DNA from: an uncultured Victivallis sp. | GTDB taxonomy: Bacteria > Verrucomicrobiota > Lentisphaeria > Victivallales > GWF2-50-93 | DNA: 64,000 nt | Assembly: GCA_964540865.1 (NCBI GenBank) | Contig: CAZION010000011.1 | Location: 609-64,608, forward strand | Reading direction: 5' to 3' | The notes under the pieces: model-generated | Told to the model about the DNA's origin: nothing | Seen by the model: only the letters and a program-made list of their open reading frames with translations | The model's database searches: none | Program-made: the position numbers and the translations under genes | In this document: positions 24,479 to 33,309 of the stretch, piece by piece | Position numbering within the stretch: the first letter of the stretch is position 1 | How the letters are laid out: each line of letters opens with the position of its first letter

Positions 24479-25999
24479 ATGAGATTCGAGCAGCCGTTCT
24501 ATGCTGAGCCAGATTTGTTTCTGATGGCGGATGAATCATTGATTGAACGGGCGGATGGCGCAAAATTCCACATATGTCAGATGTCCAAGGAATCCAATCC
24601 TGTGCTTTACCCCGAGAAGACCTGGGAAGGCGGGGATGGAAATAAGTCGAGGCCTGTTCATCAGGATCCAATCTTTGGCACAGTGCTGTTCGATCCGGAT
24701 GCCAAGAAGTATGTCCTCTGGTATAACACATGCAACCGCCTGATGTATACCAGTGCATCTGGAGAGAATGGCCGCCCGCAGGGCTCCACGGTGTGCATGG
24801 CCACCAGCGCTGACGGCCTGAACTGGGAGAAGCCGGTGGTGGGAACAGTCAACTTCGAGAACTCTTTCGAAAACAACATGATCCGAGTTCAGGTTCCCCC
24901 GGTTCTTACCGATCATCTAAGTGGCGTAGTTCCGAACTATGTATCCGGAGCAACCACAAAACTTGTAGCCACTATGTACTCGCACTTCAACGATCCGGTC
25001 TACCCAATGGGCATTACGCAGATGTACGGAGACGACGGAATCAATTGGACTCCTCATTTCCCGCCTACGCTGCCCTTGGACGGCGATGCCCACTGTCTGA
25101 TGTGGGATCCGCGCAGACAAGTCTATCTTTGTACAACGCGTTCCTACGCGCACAGTGTCGAGATCCGCAGGCTTCAACAGATTCACGGCCAGCATCAACT
25201 GCGCAACAAGCGCCATGTGGCAATTGCCGCCAGCAAGGATCTCGTCCATTGGACACCGATGGTTCCCATACTCGAAGCCGACGACAAGGATCCGTCGAAT
25301 GCCCAGCTCTATTATATGTACGTCATTCCCTATGGCCACGGATATGTGGGGATAGTCCAGCTCTTCTATATGGATGAGAAAAATATGACATATGGCCCAC
25401 TGGACATGCAACTGGTCTTTGCACGAAACTGGACGGACTGGAAGAGAGTTGGCGACAGGACGCCGATACTGCCGCGTGGCCCGGTTGGTAGCTGGGATCA
25501 GTCACATGTGTCGCTTTGCACCAATCCTCCTTTCCCAGAGGGCGACCGAATGCGTTTCTGGTTCGGCGGCAAGGACACCGAGCACTGGCAGGCTGGAAAT
25601 GCCGCCTTGGGATCGGCAACACTGAGGCGGGACGGATTTGCATGCTGGGAGGCCGGATCTGAGGAGGCGTGCCTTACAACTGTACCAATGGAGATGACAT
25701 GGGCGGCGATGCGGATGTTCGTAAATATTGAGGCGCCAAAAGGGGAGTTTCGCATGAGTTTTGTGGATGCCGAGACCGAGAAGCCCTTGGACGGCACCGC
25801 TCGCGAGGACTGCAATCCCGTGACAGGAGATCATCTGAGGGCTCCGTTGAAATTCAGTCAACGCCGTGGCAGTTTTGTCAGGCACACCGGGAAGGTCAGA
25901 CTCAAGCTCTACCTGCGGAACGCACGTCTTTACTCGTTCATCTGCGACGGGCTGAAATTTCCTTCTGTAAAGGCATCGACCACCGGACTTTGGCTGTGA
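24479..25999 (+). CDS. Putative glycoside hydrolase-like beta-propeller protein (GH43/GH32-clan-like fold); family uncertain
   Basis: 506 aa. Repeated blade-like motifs (..KKYVLWYNT.., ..AASKDLVHWTP.., ..GYVGIVQLFY.., ..DRMRFWFGG..) and an LFLMADESLIE N-terminus typical of PVC beta-propeller hydrolase-like proteins. Confidence 0.5.
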   Translation: MRFEQPFYAEPDLFLMADESLIERADGAKFHICQMSKESNPVLYPEKTWEGGDGNKSRPVHQDPIFGTVLFDPDAKKYVLWYNTCNRLMYTSASGENGRPQGSTVCMATSADGLNWEKPVVGTVNFENSFENNMIRVQVPPVLTDHLSGVVPNYVSGATTKLVATMYSHFNDPVYPMGITQMYGDDGINWTPHFPPTLPLDGDAHCLMWDPRRQVYLCTTRSYAHSVEIRRLQQIHGQHQLRNKRHVAIAASKDLVHWTPMVPILEADDKDPSNAQLYYMYVIPYGHGYVGIVQLFYMDEKNMTYGPLDMQLVFARNWTDWKRVGDRTPILPRGPVGSWDQSHVSLCTNPPFPEGDRMRFWFGGKDTEHWQAGNAALGSATLRRDGFACWEAGSEEACLTTVPMEMTWAAMRMFVNIEAPKGEFRMSFVDAETEKPLDGTAREDCNPVTGDHLRAPLKFSQRRGSFVRHTGKVRLKLYLRNARLYSFICDGLKFPSVKASTTGLWL

Positions 26000-26072
26000 G
26001 GAGTTGGATAAACCAGGGAAGGTGCATAGTGTTCAAGTTCCGGTGTAGTTAAATAAAGGAAGCATTTTCAAT

Positions 26073-27032
26073 ATGAAAGCCGCAGTAGTCACAGCCAAGG
26101 ATAAGATTGAAATGATGGATGTTCCAGAACCTGCGCTCGAACCGGATTCCGTTCTGGTTAAAGTCGAGGCTGCTGGAATCTGCAATGCCACTGACTTGCG
26201 CATACTACGTGCCGGGGATCCAACCAAGGTCTGGCCAAACGAGAAATGGCCGTTCATAATGGGGCATGAGATATGCGGAAGCGTCGTCAAGGTTGGCTCT
26301 GGAGTTAAAAGCTGGCAAGTCGGTGAACGCATTGCAGGATGTGGGCCGCATCAGGGAGGATACGCCGAATATTGCCTGGTGCATCCGGAAAAGGCAGCAG
26401 CCGTAAAAGTGTCTCCCAGCATGAATTCGACTACAGGAGCCCTGCTCGAGTCAGCCATGGGCGCCATGCGTTATTTCATGCGCGACAATATCCACAAAAG
26501 ACTTGAGGGGGCGAGAAGCGCATACATAGCTGGCCTAGGCCCGTCCGGGCTTGTCTATCTTATGGAATGTCTCTGCATGGGAATAAAAACTGTGTATGTT
26601 TCTGGAAATCAGGAGGCTCGCAGGAGACTGGCGCTGGAGCTTGGAGCTACGGAGGTTTTCAACCCTGATGACAATCCAGCAGAGATTTTAAATAACAGAG
26701 GAGTGTCGGTAGATCTGGCAATTGACACCACTGGCCGGAATCTGAGCGGAGATTTCCTGAAGATCATCAGGAAAGGCGGAGTTATTGTCCCGTTCGGAGT
26801 CGGATATGACTGGAAGCAGAATCAGAAGGAGCTGTCTGCAATCGATGTCATACTGGCGGAAGGCACATACGTTGAGTCGGCGAAGGCGGCTCCATTTATC
26901 TTTGACTGGCTGGCGGGTGGCAAAATGCCGCTGGAAAAGATTGTCACCAGGGTTATCGCGCTGGAGGAACTGATTGACGCATTCTCCGCCATAGAACAGC
27001 GCAGGGAAATCAAAGTTGTTGTAAAATTCTAA
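26073..27032 (+). CDS. Zinc-dependent medium-chain alcohol/polyol dehydrogenase
   Basis: GICNATDLRILRAG and GHEICGSVVKVGSGV zinc-ligand motifs, and a GLGPSGLV Rossmann motif. Confidence 0.8.
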   Translation: MKAAVVTAKDKIEMMDVPEPALEPDSVLVKVEAAGICNATDLRILRAGDPTKVWPNEKWPFIMGHEICGSVVKVGSGVKSWQVGERIAGCGPHQGGYAEYCLVHPEKAAAVKVSPSMNSTTGALLESAMGAMRYFMRDNIHKRLEGARSAYIAGLGPSGLVYLMECLCMGIKTVYVSGNQEARRRLALELGATEVFNPDDNPAEILNNRGVSVDLAIDTTGRNLSGDFLKIIRKGGVIVPFGVGYDWKQNQKELSAIDVILAEGTYVESAKAAPFIFDWLAGGKMPLEKIVTRVIALEELIDAFSAIEQRREIKVVVKF

Positions 27033-27046
27033 TAAGGAAATAGAAT

Positions 27047-29275
27047 ATGAAAGTTCCATTCCTATGTGGAGCTGGAAACAATGAAATCAAATGGGGGAAA
27101 GACAACTCCTTCGAATTCTCATGCCGTCTCATGCCAGGCCTCTACACGGTAGGCATCCAGGCCGATATGAAGAAATTCAACTGGGAATCGCTCGCCCTGC
27201 CGATGACCAAGGATGGAAACAAGGGACAGATAACGGCGCCATGGGACTTCGATCTGCATAATGAACACACTCCTCTTCTCCCCACTTGGAAGATATTCAG
27301 AAACAGCAGCTACGTCGGAATTTTCTATCTCCAGCGTCCAACTGTCGAGGACATCTCGACCAAGACTCTCCGCGGCGAGTTCGGTTTTCAGGTGGAGGAC
27401 GAAGGCGACATATCATTCAGGGCGGAACCTCACAACGTCTTCAAGTTGAAACCAATTGCAGTCTATCTCGAGGAGAACGCCTTCGACCGTATGGAACCCC
27501 AGGCCTGGACCGGAAAGAAACTGGCTGCCAACTGGGCCTGGCACGTCGCCAATGAAATAGGCTGGGATTCGATCAGGGAAAAAATCAGCGGAACCGATTG
27601 GTGTCAGTTTCTGGAGAAGGCCGTTGAGAAATATTCAAAAAACAAAGGGAAGGACAAGACCATTCCTGATGACGGACTGGGTGTCTGCTCTTTTTATTAC
27701 CAGCTGAAAAAAGATGAGGCTTTGAAAGACGACATTCTCCATACTGTCCGACATCTGCTCGACCTTCCCGCCTGGGGCAACCAGAACCCATATGGCTACG
27801 GACATAACGGTGACATGGGCTGTGCGCTGACCATCAAGTATGCATCTCTCGTGTACAATTGGATGCATGACGAACTGGGCGATCTTCGCGGACCTTTGCT
27901 GAACCGCATCGAACGCCAGATGGAGCTGTTCTACGAGCAGCAGCTTTTACTGTCCCAGTACTGGGGCGGGGCGTGCCTGCAGGACCATGGATACCGGTCT
28001 AGCCCGTCAATCGGATTCGCCGCAATCAACATGCTTGGTCATTCAACTGTCGCGGAGAAGATCCTGGAGTTTTACGTGCCGCGTTTCTTCCGCACCATTG
28101 AAAAACAGCCTGTCGACGGGTTCATCCCGTTTTCCCAATACCATAAAATACAGCTATACTGCAACGATATGACGGATTTCCGGATCGCATATAAGTTCGC
28201 TTCCGGCAATGATGTTTTCGCATCGGCTACGGCATATCGGAACGTGCCAAAATACATCATGTCATGTCTTGACGGGGAGTCGATGCTGACAATGGTTTGC
28301 GTGACCCGAGGCGACCGGAAAGATTTCGAGGCGGGACTTCCATATCTGATGGTTCTCGCAAAAGATTTCGGCTGTGAGAACTCCCGATATCTCGCAAATC
28401 TTCTTACAAAACATTATAGGCGGAAGTCGTTCACAGGACTGGCTTCCAAGGTTTACGAGGTGCTCCCCATGGCAATTCTCGAGGATGCCGAAGGGAGCTG
28501 CTCTGATAAGCGCCCCGCCACCCTTGCGATGAACGTCTACGAGGACGGTGGCGCGATCCAATACCGGAATGGGGCGACCCGCTTTAACGTGGCGGTCATG
28601 TGCCAGTCCAACTCCTCATCCTTCCACAGCCTTGGCACTGATTTGTCCGGTACCGACATGGGCATCAGCAACCCTTCCATGGGGGCGTTCACTGTGGGAT
28701 TAAAAAACGAGATGCTGCTTCAGACGGCCGAGTCGGGTTACCGGACCGGGACGAAACTTGGTAATGTCCTGTTGGTCGACGGAAAAGGGCAGTATGGCGA
28801 CATCGGGTATCCCATGGGCGTTCCGAGCCGGACATGGCGCGGACACCGGATTCAACGCCATCATTTCGACCCATTAACGCGGAAGGGGTTTGCGAGATTG
28901 AATCTCCAGATGGCATATCCTGACGACATGAAAATCATGACCTATACCCGGGATTTTTATTTCGAACCCGAGCATTTGCTGGTGCGGGATACTGTCATTA
29001 GCCGCTCCCCCCATAGCTTCTCCTATTGGTTCAACACTTACAGCAAGCACAAGATCGAACAGATCGACGATCGTTCATTCCGCTTTACCGGGAACGGGAG
29101 CTCTATAGATTTGATTGTCGGTGGAGCCGGTTGCGTTTTCCGTATCGAGGACACTGAGACCATTTGGGGTTATGGCAATGAACAGGGTAATGAAACCTTC
29201 AAGCATCTGGAGGTAAGTCTTCGTGATAAAACCGACGCTTTCGTAGTCGAGTTCAAAATTAAAGCATGTATTTAA
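27047..29275 (+). CDS. Heparinase II/III-like putative polysaccharide lyase (alpha/alpha toroid plus beta-sandwich)
   Basis: 742 aa. The N-terminal helical region with LLDLPAWGNQNPYGYGHNGDMGCAL and the C-terminal region HSLGTDLSG..GAFTVGLKNEMLL..LLVDGKGQ resemble heparinase II/III family proteins (from memory). Confidence 0.4.
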   Translation: MKVPFLCGAGNNEIKWGKDNSFEFSCRLMPGLYTVGIQADMKKFNWESLALPMTKDGNKGQITAPWDFDLHNEHTPLLPTWKIFRNSSYVGIFYLQRPTVEDISTKTLRGEFGFQVEDEGDISFRAEPHNVFKLKPIAVYLEENAFDRMEPQAWTGKKLAANWAWHVANEIGWDSIREKISGTDWCQFLEKAVEKYSKNKGKDKTIPDDGLGVCSFYYQLKKDEALKDDILHTVRHLLDLPAWGNQNPYGYGHNGDMGCALTIKYASLVYNWMHDELGDLRGPLLNRIERQMELFYEQQLLLSQYWGGACLQDHGYRSSPSIGFAAINMLGHSTVAEKILEFYVPRFFRTIEKQPVDGFIPFSQYHKIQLYCNDMTDFRIAYKFASGNDVFASATAYRNVPKYIMSCLDGESMLTMVCVTRGDRKDFEAGLPYLMVLAKDFGCENSRYLANLLTKHYRRKSFTGLASKVYEVLPMAILEDAEGSCSDKRPATLAMNVYEDGGAIQYRNGATRFNVAVMCQSNSSSFHSLGTDLSGTDMGISNPSMGAFTVGLKNEMLLQTAESGYRTGTKLGNVLLVDGKGQYGDIGYPMGVPSRTWRGHRIQRHHFDPLTRKGFARLNLQMAYPDDMKIMTYTRDFYFEPEHLLVRDTVISRSPHSFSYWFNTYSKHKIEQIDDRSFRFTGNGSSIDLIVGGAGCVFRIEDTETIWGYGNEQGNETFKHLEVSLRDKTDAFVVEFKIKACI

Positions 29276-29291
29276 AAGAACTAAGGGAAAT

Positions 29292-30452
29292 ATGATAATG
29301 AGAAAACATCGTTTGGCTGTTGTTGGCTGCGGGGCATTTGCCCAAGGAGTACATCTCCCAAGCTGCCAGAGAAATCCACGGATTGAACTTGTCGCTGTCT
29401 GCGATGTTGATCGCAATGTGGCCGAAATGTGCAGGAGAAAGTTCGGAGCACAGCGGATTGAGACTGACTGGCGAAAGATAGTCGAGGCGACGGATATTGA
29501 TGTCTGCATACTCGCCACGCATACGAACCTGCGCGAGGATTTCATAATTCCCGCCCTGGAATCGGGAAAGGCCGTATATACGGAAAAGCCGCTGTCCCCA
29601 AGCAGGAAGGGTATGCTTGATATCGTCCTGTCGTCCCGCAGGACTGGGCGTTCGGTCTGCGTGGGACATAACCGCAGGTCAAGCCCGGCCGTTCTCGAGT
29701 TCAAACGGCTGCTCGACAAGGCGAAGGGAACTCGCGGTTTCACTCCGGCGGTCGATCGCACAGCAGGGCGGGAACTGATTCCGGAAGAGAGATATTCTCA
29801 GCTCCTGCTACGTGTCAATGACGACAGCCGAAGCTGGAAACCGTGGGTATTCTACGACGAGGAAGGCATAATGCACGCCGAGATGGTGCACTACATCGAC
29901 CTGGCGCTTTGGTTCAACTCGTCACATCCGGTGAGGGTCTTCGCCGAAGGCAGTCCGCGCGGAAACTTCACGATCCTCATCCGTTTCGCTGACGGCTCGC
30001 TGAGCACCTTGCAGCACACGATGGTCGGGCACTTCGATTATCCAAAGGAACTTTTCGAAGTCACAGTCAATAATATTACAATTGCCCTAGACCAGCATAT
30101 CGAAGTGAGGCAGGTGGGCATGGACGATGAACCCATCCAGAAATTCTTCCCTTACGCAAAAGGCTGCGAATGGGCAGAAAAAACTGGGATGGACGGATAC
30201 ATGCGGGAGCTGGCTGCCGAACGCAAACGCGCCAAAGAAGCTGGTGACGCGGCCAGATGGCTCAACGTCAACAAGGGCCACTACGAGCAGCTCGACAGGT
30301 TCCTGGACCATCTCGAAGGCAAAGGCGAAAATCCCTGCGATGTCGAGAGCGCGGTACTGGTCAACAGGGTGGCGTTGAAGGTCCTTGAGTCCGCAAGGCT
30401 CGGGCTGCCGGTAGCCATAAATCCCGATGACTGGCATATACCGAAATTATAG
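29292..30452 (+). CDS. Gfo/Idh/MocA family oxidoreductase
   Basis: RLAVVGCGAFAQGVHLPS..IELVAVCDVD Rossmann N-terminus and the EKPLSPS motif. Confidence 0.85.
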   Translation: MIMRKHRLAVVGCGAFAQGVHLPSCQRNPRIELVAVCDVDRNVAEMCRRKFGAQRIETDWRKIVEATDIDVCILATHTNLREDFIIPALESGKAVYTEKPLSPSRKGMLDIVLSSRRTGRSVCVGHNRRSSPAVLEFKRLLDKAKGTRGFTPAVDRTAGRELIPEERYSQLLLRVNDDSRSWKPWVFYDEEGIMHAEMVHYIDLALWFNSSHPVRVFAEGSPRGNFTILIRFADGSLSTLQHTMVGHFDYPKELFEVTVNNITIALDQHIEVRQVGMDDEPIQKFFPYAKGCEWAEKTGMDGYMRELAAERKRAKEAGDAARWLNVNKGHYEQLDRFLDHLEGKGENPCDVESAVLVNRVALKVLESARLGLPVAINPDDWHIPKL

Positions 30453-30498
30453 AGTTAAAGCAAAGTAGAATAGCTTTTCCTATTGAGGTATAAAAATC

Positions 30499-30693
30499 AT
30501 GGATGCCCGTATTGAACTTCTGCTGGAACACCTGCGTTCCGTGCTAAGCATTGAAAAACAGGCTGAAATAGATGACCTGTATGCGCGGACGTTGAGTTGG
30601 CAGCCTGTAAAACGTCTGGCTTTGATACTGCAATATCCGCATTCCGAGATCTACTCTTGTCCGGAAAAGATGCTGTTTAATGTCATCCGTTGA
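30499..30693 (+). CDS. Small 64-aa ORF, possibly a gene remnant
   Basis: The only ORF in the 258-nt gap between convergent genes. No family recognised and no clear ribosome-binding site. Confidence 0.2.
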   Translation: MDARIELLLEHLRSVLSIEKQAEIDDLYARTLSWQPVKRLALILQYPHSEIYSCPEKMLFNVIR

Positions 30694-30710
30694 AGCGTCA
30701 TCACGAGAGA

Positions 30711-31817
30711 TCACTTTGCATTGGGAGTCAGGGCGGGAGTGTTCGGGTCACCGATCCATTCGGTTGACTTGACACGCCGACCGGACTGGTAATCGAAGGC
30801 GTACCCGCGCTTGCCGTCAAATGACCACTGGATGACTTTGCCGTCGAGGACACCATCTTTGAACGTGCGTTCCCAGCTCTTCTGTCCACTCGGGTACCAG
30901 TAGGTCCACAGTCCCTGCTTGATGCCTTTCTCGTACTTCCCTTCACAACGCTTATTGCCTTCGGGCCACCAGCATAGGAACGGACCGCTCTCGACACCGT
31001 CGGAAAAGGCCGTATCGACGCATGTCCGGTCACTGGCGTACTTGCGCGAGAATGGGCCATCAGGAATCTTCTTCAGTGGTTCCGGGACTATGACTGGTTC
31101 ATCCAAGCCGACGAAACGGATGGACTGAACGTCTAGCCAATCCATGGTGCCGCCGATACTGACATAGAAAGAGCCAGTTTTCCCTTCTCCCTTGTCAATC
31201 TTGAGAGGCATGGTCAGGTCAGGATCGTTGTCTATTGAAATATAGGCTGAGTCCCCTGTGAAAGTCACGACATAGTCGTGCCAGGAATCCCATTTATCGT
31301 TCGGCCAGGGAATCTTGTTGTCTTTCGCTTCCTTGTCGTTCTTGCGGAACCAGTCGAAAACCATGTCCTTCTCGATTCGCCATTCCCAATGGCGTTCGTT
31401 GCTGACGACCATCATCTTGATGTGCTGGTACGTACTGGAATGGTCGCGGCGCGCGCGCATGATTATCCGTCCGGGTTTGCCTACGCCGGGATAGTCGTCG
31501 AGTCCACCCAGGTAACTTCGCATAAATCCTGATCCATACCCAACATTTAGGCGGACAAAGTCGATATGTTCCTCGAATTCGGTGGAATGCATGGAGCCGA
31601 CATGCGCGATCCATCCGACATCTTCTGGAAGCGTACGGTCTGGGGCATATCCGAAATGGAAGGCCGGTTGATATGCCCGCTTAAGTACGTTTTTGGGCAT
31701 GTTGTCCGGAGGCCAGACGACTGGTTCGGGCGCCGCTGACAAGTGGGTGGCTGAAAGCACACATATGACGGTTAATGACAACACAAAGGCAAGCAGTTGG
31801 CGTTTATGCGAGTTCAT
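30711..31817 (-). CDS. Secreted protein with jelly-roll-like N-terminal domain and C-terminal MORN-variant repeats
   Basis: ATG 31817 gives the signal peptide MNSHKRQLLAFVLSLTVICVLSATHLSAAPEP. The C-terminus GKYEKGIKQGLWTYWYPSGQKSWERTFKDGVLDGKVIQW is MORN_2/YwqK-like. Confidence 0.65.
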   Translation of the reverse strand: MNSHKRQLLAFVLSLTVICVLSATHLSAAPEPVVWPPDNMPKNVLKRAYQPAFHFGYAPDRTLPEDVGWIAHVGSMHSTEFEEHIDFVRLNVGYGSGFMRSYLGGLDDYPGVGKPGRIIMRARRDHSSTYQHIKMMVVSNERHWEWRIEKDMVFDWFRKNDKEAKDNKIPWPNDKWDSWHDYVVTFTGDSAYISIDNDPDLTMPLKIDKGEGKTGSFYVSIGGTMDWLDVQSIRFVGLDEPVIVPEPLKKIPDGPFSRKYASDRTCVDTAFSDGVESGPFLCWWPEGNKRCEGKYEKGIKQGLWTYWYPSGQKSWERTFKDGVLDGKVIQWSFDGKRGYAFDYQSGRRVKSTEWIGDPNTPALTPNAK

Positions 31818-31978
31818 GGCAGTGTTCCTTCCAGTTTTATTCGATGATCCAGCTCTGATCGGCGATCGTACCTGTAAGAGTTGGCTAGGAAGAAAGAGAT
31901 TGCCAGCGCGCGCAGAAGGCATTTTGTTGTTTTCATAATTCCCTTTTTATTGCATATTTGTTAGTTCAATACAAGTAA

Positions 31979-32152
31979 CTCGGGATATCATCCCGAGATC
32001 GCGGGGTGACGCCTGAATGCCACTTAGATAAGAAAAAACAAACTAAAGTTTGAACTCCAACTTAGGAATTTCCGGGGTTGGAGTACAAGCTTTAGCTTGA
32101 GTCTTATCCTGCTGTTAAGGCTTAACTAAGTAGCATTCGGGTGATGTGCTAC
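31979..32152. repeat. Composite REP-like element related (in inverted orientation) to 6001-6151
   Basis: CTCGGGATatcATCCCGAG hairpin at 31979-31997. GAATGCCACTTAG at 32016-32028. Inverted pair CAAACTAAAGTTTGAACTCCAAC (32037-32060) / GTTGGAGTACAAGCTTTAGCTTGAGTCTTAT (32077-32107). GTAGCA..TGCTAC hairpin at 32130-32152. Confidence 0.75.
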
Positions 32153-32168
32153 CCCAGAAAATGGCGCT

Positions 32169-33134
32169 TTACTTTCCTTTAATCTGACCCAGGGCGGTTT
32201 CCGCAATCTTCAGGACTTCCACGGCGCCTTGTCCATCGACTCGGGGAGCAGAGCCTTTCGTAACAGAGTTTATCATGTCCTGGTGTTCGAGACAGAAACG
32301 TTCGTTGCGTATGTTCTCAAACTGTATTACTTCATAACCTTTCTTATTGCAGTCATATATTTTCACCTGGTCTATCTGCATATCATATTCTATGACCTGT
32401 TTATCACCAATGAATTCCATGATGCGGCGCTGCGGATGCTGGATGTAGTCCATATGGATAGAGACGATCGCCCCGCTTTCATATTCCAGCAGCAGTGAAG
32501 CCAGGGAAGGGGTGGCTTTCAGTTCTTTCACCGCCAGCGAATTGGCTTTGCAGACCACGTCTTTGACTTCCCCGAATATTGAGCGAAGCATGTCTATTTC
32601 ATGCGTGTAATCAACAATCAGCACTCCGAAAATCTTGCTGCGGAAATCGCTTTTTGCGCATAACAGTGTGTTGTAGGTGCCTATCAGGGCGCGTCCGCCT
32701 ATCAGGTTCCCGAGCTCTCCTGCTTTTATCTTTTTCGTGATGAAGTCAAAGGACTCCCTGAACCTTTCAGTGTATCCTACGGCAAGGAACTTGGAATGCT
32801 TCTTCGCGGCTTCAACCATCTCGATGCCGTCGCTGACAGTGTCGGCAATGGGTTTTTCGCACAGGACATGTGAACCCGAGGAAAAGGCCTTCAGGGACAT
32901 TGCCTTGTGGGAACTGTTTGGCGTACACACAATTGTTATGAGCGGTTTTTCTTTCGCAAAAGCCTCATCGCAGTCGCTGTAGAATTTTATGCGTCCATTG
33001 ATTTCCCTTACCTTCTCTTCTGCCTCCTTGTTGAGGTCGAAAGCCACTATTTCCACATCTTTTCTTGTGCAAAGACATGCTATGTGCCTCAAGCCTATGG
33101 AACCGCAACCCGCAACCAGAAACTTTATCTTCAT
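32169..33134 (-). CDS. Gfo/Idh/MocA family oxidoreductase
   Basis: MKIKFLVAGCGSIGLRHI Rossmann N-terminus and the CEKPIADT motif. Confidence 0.85.
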   Translation of the reverse strand: MKIKFLVAGCGSIGLRHIACLCTRKDVEIVAFDLNKEAEEKVREINGRIKFYSDCDEAFAKEKPLITIVCTPNSSHKAMSLKAFSSGSHVLCEKPIADTVSDGIEMVEAAKKHSKFLAVGYTERFRESFDFITKKIKAGELGNLIGGRALIGTYNTLLCAKSDFRSKIFGVLIVDYTHEIDMLRSIFGEVKDVVCKANSLAVKELKATPSLASLLLEYESGAIVSIHMDYIQHPQRRIMEFIGDKQVIEYDMQIDQVKIYDCNKKGYEVIQFENIRNERFCLEHQDMINSVTKGSAPRVDGQGAVEVLKIAETALGQIKGK

Positions 33135-33187
33135 TATTTGTCTCCTTTATTTTATTGTTCTTAATCGGCTTCGCCAGAACTTTTATT

Positions 33188-33267
33188 GACGCGAAGCGTC
33201 TTTCGGAGTGCGGTGTGTAAGCACCGCTTTAAGACAATCCAAAAGCGCAGCTGACACTGCGCACTCC
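33188..33267. repeat. Multi-hairpin palindromic intergenic element
   Basis: GACGCgaaGCGTC at 33188-33200. Outer stem GGAGTGC (33205-33211) / GCACTCC (33261-33267) encloses the hairpins GCGGTG..CACCGC and GCGCAG..CTGCGC. Confidence 0.65.
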
Positions 33268-33309
33268 AAAGATTGCTACGCAATCATCAAAATCCCTGAA
33301 AAACATATT

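Noticed and set aside
24536-25885. Several 60-160-aa minus-strand and alternative-frame ORFs inside the beta-propeller gene (similar sets lie inside 26-31.9 kb and 37.8-42.2 kb)
   Set aside because: They are Arg/Pro/Ala-rich translations typical of off-frame reading of a GC-richer gene, and they are fully nested in longer ORFs with recognisable domains.
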